Assembly (NCBI GenBank): GCA_965212015.1
Contig: OZ243037.1
Coordinates: 1,536,001-1,600,000, forward strand
DNA: 64,000 nt
Direction: 5' to 3'
DNA from: Cenarchaeum sp.
Lineage (GTDB): Archaea > Thermoproteota > Nitrososphaeria > Nitrososphaerales > Nitrosopumilaceae
In this document: positions 59,013 to 64,000 of the stretch, one piece after another
Layout of the letters: every line of letters begins with the position of its first letter
Numbering within the stretch: position 1 is the stretch's first letter
Notes under the pieces: generated by a model
What the model was told of the DNA's origin: nothing
Databases searched by the model: none
What the model saw: only the letters and a program-made list of their open reading frames with translations
Program-made: the position numbers and the translations under genes

Positions 59013-59050
59013 TCGTAAAAATCCAGCGATCATAGCAATTTAAAGCTAGG

Positions 59051-59620
59051 TTAATCCCCGGCGTTTTTTTTCACAAACTTTGCCAGTCCCAGCTTGCGGA
59101 GACTCTCTGACTCTTTTAGCACGGAATCGTACTGCCTGAACTTGTGGTCTTTTAGTTCCCTTTTCAGGGACGAATCCCCGTTTGCCAGGATCTTGATTGC
59201 ATATATGCCGGCATTGGCAGCCTTGTTGACCCCGACGCTTACCACGGGGGAGCCGGTGGGCATCTCTGAGATTGACAGCAGCGAATCAAGCCCGCCAAAC
59301 GCCGAAAACCGTAGCTTCTCTGATCCGCCGTGCCTGTCGTTGTATACCAGTATGGGGACCCCGATTACCGGAATCGTGGTGTGCGATGCGATCATGCCCG
59401 GCAGGTGTGCCGCACCGCCTGCCCCCGCGATGATTACCTTGAATTTGTTTTTTTCTGCGTGCTTTGCATACTCTTCTAGCCTGGTAGGCGTCCTGTGTGC
59501 CGAGACGATTTGATCCTCGTGGCCCACCCCGAACTCGTCTAGGATGGCCGCCGCCCCGTGCATGATCCTGCTATCCGAGCTGGACCCCATGATGATGCCT
59601 ATCTGCGTCTTGTCATCCAT
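59051..59620 (-). CDS. purE: N5-CAIR mutase
   Basis: IIMGSSSD, VSAHRTP, IAGAGGAAHLPG, GLDSLLS..MP.G.PV. Confidence 0.96.
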   Translation of the reverse strand: MDDKTQIGIIMGSSSDSRIMHGAAAILDEFGVGHEDQIVSAHRTPTRLEEYAKHAEKNKFKVIIAGAGGAAHLPGMIASHTTIPVIGVPILVYNDRHGGSEKLRFSAFGGLDSLLSISEMPTGSPVVSVGVNKAANAGIYAIKILANGDSSLKRELKDHKFRQYDSVLKESESLRKLGLAKFVKKNAGD

Positions 59621-59763
59621 GCCAGTTCTAATCCGCCCCGTGTTATTATCTATAGCTAAACTGCAGCGGGCCTCCATCCGCACGGCTGGTCTTAAGATTT
59701 TAAATTCAATGGTAAAAATTAGTGCGTTTGGGAGTTTATAGAAAAAGGCCGCGACGGCATACC

Positions 59764-60633
59764 GTGGACATCCCGGGACTGCTTGAGAAATATTCGTTGG
59801 CCGATTTTCCCGCGGGACTGGGCGGGTGCCGCAACGACGGCGAGCCCCATGCATGCTGCGAGTATGACGTGTCCGTGTTTGACGAAAAAGACGAGCAGGA
59901 TACGATAGTTGAATTCCGCGGCGAGACGGCGGTGATTCACCACTGTTCGCTGGGCGAGACGCGCTCTGATGTACTGGTGCAGCTTTTGGGAATCGACATA
60001 ATCCAAGACGAGCAGTGGGAGCTACGAATGATGCTGTCTCGAATCCGCGAGAAAAGAGACGCGCTGTACCGGGACTATATGAAAAACTGCCTGATTGACT
60101 CTCTTTTTTGCATTACAAAATCGCGCGAGGGCCTGAGGACGTCGGACCTGTTTGCCCCGTGCTGGATAAAGTGCGCCGCGTTTTACCTTGCCGACGCAAT
60201 TTTGCTGTACCATGCAATCCGGCCCAGCCCCGCGCATTCCCTGCAGGGCCTGCGGACGCTGGGGGGCAGGATAGGCCAAAAGTTTTCGGCCGTAAATGAG
60301 TGCATCGGAATAGAGAGATCCACCCCGGTGCTGCTAGAGCGCATGTCAAAGTCCACGATCGGATTCTCCGACATGGTGGAGGGCGGCGGCCGCTCTGGGA
60401 TAATCCGGGCCAAAGGCGACTATTTCATGAAAAACTCGCTGTTTGCGGACTGGTACTTTTACCTCGGATGCGTCAACCGGAACAACCTGGTGGGGATAAA
60501 GCGCGATCTTGCAAAGAGGCCAGAGCTCATCCACGTCCTCAAGACCGCATTTGACATCGAAAGCGACAGGCAGGCGGTGCTGAGGCAGGCCGACGTGCTG
60601 TTTGGGGCCGCCCACGAGATTCTCGCACTCTGA
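59764..60633 (+). CDS. Hypothetical protein, possible degenerate nucleotidyltransferase fold
   Basis: LGGCR...CCEYDVSVFD N-terminus followed by a helical domain. Confidence 0.7.
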   Translation: MDIPGLLEKYSLADFPAGLGGCRNDGEPHACCEYDVSVFDEKDEQDTIVEFRGETAVIHHCSLGETRSDVLVQLLGIDIIQDEQWELRMMLSRIREKRDALYRDYMKNCLIDSLFCITKSREGLRTSDLFAPCWIKCAAFYLADAILLYHAIRPSPAHSLQGLRTLGGRIGQKFSAVNECIGIERSTPVLLERMSKSTIGFSDMVEGGGRSGIIRAKGDYFMKNSLFADWYFYLGCVNRNNLVGIKRDLAKRPELIHVLKTAFDIESDRQAVLRQADVLFGAAHEILAL

Positions 60634-60687
60634 GCGCCGGATCTGCTATTCTAAACCTTTAAAATCTAGGGCGAGATCCACATTATT

Positions 60688-60822
60688 ATGTCAGATGCAG
60701 CATGCGGATGTGCAGCACAGGCCGAAAACGGCACAGAATGTGACTGTACTATGCAAGGTGAGTGCTATTGTGACGCTACTTGTGATTGTAAACTGGATCT
60801 TTGCAAAAACGCAGAACACTAG
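60688..60822 (+). CDS. Metallothionein-like Cys-rich peptide, 44 aa (below ORF track cutoff)
   Basis: MSDAACGCAAQAENGTECDCTMQGECYCDATCDCKLDLCKNAEH; TTTAAAA about 25 nt upstream and a T-tract after the stop. Confidence 0.8.
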   Translation: MSDAACGCAAQAENGTECDCTMQGECYCDATCDCKLDLCKNAEH

Positions 60823-60850
60823 CTACTTTATCTCTTATTTTTTTATCAGG

Positions 60851-61033
60851 TCAGTCTTCCTCTTCATCCTCTAGTCCCCACGACTTTACCAGCTCCTTTC
60901 GGAACACGTCTGACTGCTTGTCATTTAGACTGACGCCGCAGTTTTTGTGCGTGGGAACCACGATCAATCCCTTTAGCTTGAATTCCACTTCAAAAAGGTG
61001 GATCTTTGGGCAGTCGCACATATCTGAGTTCAA
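60851..61033 (-). CDS. Small hypothetical protein
   Basis: MCDCPK..PTHKNCG..SWG with an acidic tail. Confidence 0.7.
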   Translation of the reverse strand: MNSDMCDCPKIHLFEVEFKLKGLIVVPTHKNCGVSLNDKQSDVFRKELVKSWGLEDEEED

Positions 61034-61100
61034 AACAACACCTCCTCTATATTTGCCTTTGAATAAACTTTAACTAGGGATTGCCTGAATCCCATACCGT

Positions 61101-62573
61101 ATGAAAGTGGTGCTTGCCGTGCTGGCAGTGTTGATCTCGGGATACGCCGTGTTCGGACTTGCATACGCGCAGGATTTTGGCGGCGGGGTGGACAAGGATG
61201 GATCCTGGTACGCCGGCGAGGGGCTAAAGCACGGGGATTATTTCTATTATGAAATGTGCCACGAGTCCCACAACGACTGTATCGACTTTGAGATGGAGCT
61301 CTGGGTACGGGGGGACGTCCAGGTGGGCACTGAGACAAAATGGCTCGTAGGAACGGTCGTGTATGACGGAAACAAGATAGTAAAGGGAAACATGACGCTG
61401 GGAAAGGTCGCCTCGGAGCCTAGCGGGCATACGACCGGCCTGACGCAATACGCCGCCGCATTCAAGTCCTCAGTCGTCTGGCTTTCTGCGTTTGCGTCGT
61501 CCTATGACGGGGGCGGCGACAAGGGTCCCAAGAAATTCAGGGACATCTCTTGGGGAAAAATTGCAAACATCGGAGGCGAGCAGGTAAAGCCGCTTGCGCT
61601 GGAATCCATTACCGTCCCTGCCGGCACGTTTGATGCCGTGGTGATAGGATGGAAGACCGGCGGACAGCTAAGCCAAATCTGGGTGGTGGACGACTTTCCG
61701 TTTCCGGTAAAGGCCAGCACGTGGGTGCACACCTCTGAGGGAATACCCCCGCAGGAATACCGCTTTGAGCTCAAGGACTACAAGGAGAACGTGCAAAAAG
61801 ACCCGTTTTCTGACGTGGTAGGCAAGGACAGGATAAAGCCGGAGGGCTGTCCTGAGAACTATGATCTTGTAAAGGTCCGCAAGTCCACGAAAAATTTTGA
61901 TTATCTGATCGATCTGAAATACGGCCCGGAAAACCCCAAACAGGGCTGTGACATACAGTGGATTATCAACTTTCATAAAAAAACAGACGAGACAGAGTTT
62001 CTCTCCCAGGTGCAGTACGACATTCTGGTGGTGGACGACGATCTGAACCTGATCCGCTCCATTGCCCAGGATAACGGCAGGAAATCCTTCTATTCCGGAT
62101 CCGGACAGGTGCGCACATTCACCCCGGTCGACGAGCCGGTGGGGACTGCACACTATGTGGTCTGGATTTACGGCCTGTCCCCAAAGCACATAGTCCCCTC
62201 CACCACGCCTGACTATCTTTTGGTGGAAATTGAGATAGAGCCGGAACCCGGAGGCGATGCGGCCCGGAGCACAGGCGAGGATCCGGCCATAGACACCGGC
62301 AGGACGGCAGGCATCCCCGAGTGGATCAAGACAGTCGCGGGATACTGGACCGGCGGCCAGAGCTCAGACGGCGAGTTTATCGGCGCAATAGAGTTCCTAA
62401 TCCGCGCGGGGATCATAACTGTCTCTGCTGAATCATCGGGTGCCTCCACCGGGGCAGACGTGCCGGCATGGGTAAAGACTACCACCGGATACTGGACCGG
62501 CGGCCAGAGCTCAGATGACGAGTTTATCGGGGCGATCGAGTATTTAATTGGGCAGGGAATAATCGGCATCTGA
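61101..62573 (+). CDS. Secreted surface protein with two thaumarchaeal IPxWIK..AG.W repeats
   Basis: Signal peptide; IPEWIKTVAGYW..EFIGAIEFLI and VPAWVKTTTGYW..EFIGAIEYLI. Confidence 0.85.
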   Translation: MKVVLAVLAVLISGYAVFGLAYAQDFGGGVDKDGSWYAGEGLKHGDYFYYEMCHESHNDCIDFEMELWVRGDVQVGTETKWLVGTVVYDGNKIVKGNMTLGKVASEPSGHTTGLTQYAAAFKSSVVWLSAFASSYDGGGDKGPKKFRDISWGKIANIGGEQVKPLALESITVPAGTFDAVVIGWKTGGQLSQIWVVDDFPFPVKASTWVHTSEGIPPQEYRFELKDYKENVQKDPFSDVVGKDRIKPEGCPENYDLVKVRKSTKNFDYLIDLKYGPENPKQGCDIQWIINFHKKTDETEFLSQVQYDILVVDDDLNLIRSIAQDNGRKSFYSGSGQVRTFTPVDEPVGTAHYVVWIYGLSPKHIVPSTTPDYLLVEIEIEPEPGGDAARSTGEDPAIDTGRTAGIPEWIKTVAGYWTGGQSSDGEFIGAIEFLIRAGIITVSAESSGASTGADVPAWVKTTTGYWTGGQSSDDEFIGAIEYLIGQGIIGI

Positions 62574-62607
62574 TGCGTCGAACCATTAAAAAACTCTCAC
62601 ACCATGG

Positions 62608-62964
62608 GTGCGTATGACCGGCCTGTTTAGATATCCAAAACGCAAGCTCCGAAAGCTGGCCAACAACGGGGAATACCGCAAGGCCCTGGAGTTTGGGGAC
62701 AGCATAGAGCAGGATTATTCCCGCGATCCGGACTTTCTTTTCATCATGGGCAGCATCTATTACATGATCGAGAATGCGGACAGTGCGATACACTATTTTG
62801 ACCGGGTACTCCAGATCAACGACTCTGACATTGACGCGCTGTGGCTCAAGGCCAACGCCCACCTGTCACTCGGGGAGACAGGCGATGTGTGCAGGTGCTG
62901 TGACAGGATACTGGAAGTTGATCCCGATCATAACGGCGCCAAGGAAATCCTGGAGGATCTATAG
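62608..62964 (+). CDS. Tetratricopeptide repeat protein
   Basis: MGSIYY...AIHYFDRVL, A.WLKA..HLSLG, ILEVDP. Confidence 0.85.
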   Translation: MRMTGLFRYPKRKLRKLANNGEYRKALEFGDSIEQDYSRDPDFLFIMGSIYYMIENADSAIHYFDRVLQINDSDIDALWLKANAHLSLGETGDVCRCCDRILEVDPDHNGAKEILEDL

Positions 62965-63426
62965 CCCGTATGCGTTTTCCAGCAGCCAGTCGCAGTACTG
63001 CGTGACGGGCCCTGTAAACTCGCACCAGACGTGCAGCGAATGCGGAAGAATGTCGATTCTCCCGTCGTCAAAAAACACCTTTAGGCCCTCTTTTCCCTCG
63101 TCCATATAGGCATCCTCAATCCTCGCATCTGCAAAAAACTCTTGCGCCTTTTGGCGCATCGCCTCGCGCTTTATGGGAAATCGCTTTTTTTGAAGATCCA
63201 TGATCATGCTCAGATCACGCCTTCCGTACATCTCAAACTCGTCAATCCTGCCCTTTTTTGGAAAGTTTACCACCAGCTTCATGCCGTACTTTTTCCCGAC
63301 TCCCCTCCCAAGCTCGGTAATCCTGGTGTATCCCATCGCCGGGTTTCTCTTTAGGAGGAGCCTGATCTGCGGCAGGTTTGATCTCAGGACCGACTGTAGA
63401 TCCCGGGTAATCTCTGAGAAGGACAT
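62959..63426 (-). CDS. Hypothetical protein
   Basis: 155-aa ORF with core codon use. Confidence 0.75.
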   Translation of the reverse strand: MSFSEITRDLQSVLRSNLPQIRLLLKRNPAMGYTRITELGRGVGKKYGMKLVVNFPKKGRIDEFEMYGRRDLSMIMDLQKKRFPIKREAMRQKAQEFFADARIEDAYMDEGKEGLKVFFDDGRIDILPHSLHVWCEFTGPVTQYCDWLLENAYGL

Positions 63427-63477
63427 CTAGCATGGTTTTTTAGATGCCCCGCAATATTATTTTTGTTGAGCCTTCCG

Positions 63478-64000
63478 ATGGATTATGACGGCATGAGGAC
63501 CGGTGACGAGTCAGAGAGGACCAGTAATGTCGAAAGCTACAAGATTACCTGCATGGACTTTATCAAGGACATCTCTGGGGACTATCTGGCCTGGGTGGAC
63601 TATTACAAGCTGCCGCCAGAAGAAGACAAGAGACGCCGCGCCGGGATTGCCGCGACGATACTGCGCACAAACGACTGGATAGCCAAGGTGGCCCAGACAA
63701 TCAAGGCAGTGGACGTTGTGATGAATGACGGGATACAAAAGATGGCCGAAGCCACTGCGGGAAAGCCGTTTCAAATAGGGGTCTTTGTCAACCAGAAATC
63801 AAGCTATACGATGGCCAAGCCCGGGACGATAAGGGTCAATGTAAAGTCGGCGGCAAGGCAGGACAGAAAAACCAGGCTTGGCTTTCACTTTAAGGACGAC
63901 CGGTTCCGAATCGAGTCGACTGCCGGCGCGTCCTTTGATGAGACGAACCTGCCCACAGGCGAGTTTGATCTGATGGACGTCCATTTGGATTTGGATGCGA
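63478..64000 (+). CDS. Hypothetical protein, N-terminal part only (runs off the right edge; not in ORF track)
   Basis: Open from ATG 63478 (or 63493): MDYDGMRTGDESERTSNVESYKITCMDFIKDISGDYLAWVDYYKLPP... to the window end. Confidence 0.75.
   Translation, partial: MDYDGMRTGDESERTSNVESYKITCMDFIKDISGDYLAWVDYYKLPPEEDKRRRAGIAATILRTNDWIAKVAQTIKAVDVVMNDGIQKMAEATAGKPFQIGVFVNQKSSYTMAKPGTIRVNVKSAARQDRKTRLGFHFKDDRFRIESTAGASFDETNLPTGEFDLMDVHLDLDA

Noticed and set aside
60602-60874. 90-aa ORF from the track
   Set aside because: The overlapping 44-aa Cys-rich frame fits the TATA box and terminator better.

Overview
Archaeal chromosomal window, almost certainly an ammonia-oxidising archaeon (Nitrososphaerota, Nitrosopumilaceae-like). 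Support: a Rieske/cytochrome b/blue-copper complex III, thaumarchaeosortase, a ThiS-MoeB fusion next to a thrC-family gene, paired Zn-type ferredoxins, aIF6, Alba, SMC, cofE and TATA boxes about 25 nt upstream of starts. The visibly GC-rich core is interrupted by three AT-rich accessory tracts. (1) About 1-4.3 kb and 7.2-9.8 kb: RelE and AbiE toxin-antitoxin modules, a Panacea/SocA-like gene and pseudogenes, flanking an LpxA-like/DegT/Gfo sugar cluster. (2) A lone MORC/GHKL ATPase at 18.4-20.4 kb. (3) An integrase-led island between convergent tRNA-Ala and tRNA-Ser genes (25.7-33.0 kb). Four tRNA genes are present (Pro-CGG, Ala-GGC, Ser-TGA, Glu-CTC). Most notable observations: a MORC ATPase whose C-terminus resembles an AbiEi domain; a 44-aa CxC-rich metallothionein-like ORF missed by the ORF track; a degenerate non-coding repeat recurring upstream of cargo genes in two islands; a GnnA/GnnB/LpxA-like triad in an organism without lipid A; a membrane+Zn-finger+NDH-2 fusion; and a DtxR-like palindrome before one ferredoxin. 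All assignments come from motif recognition by eye; no searches were run.
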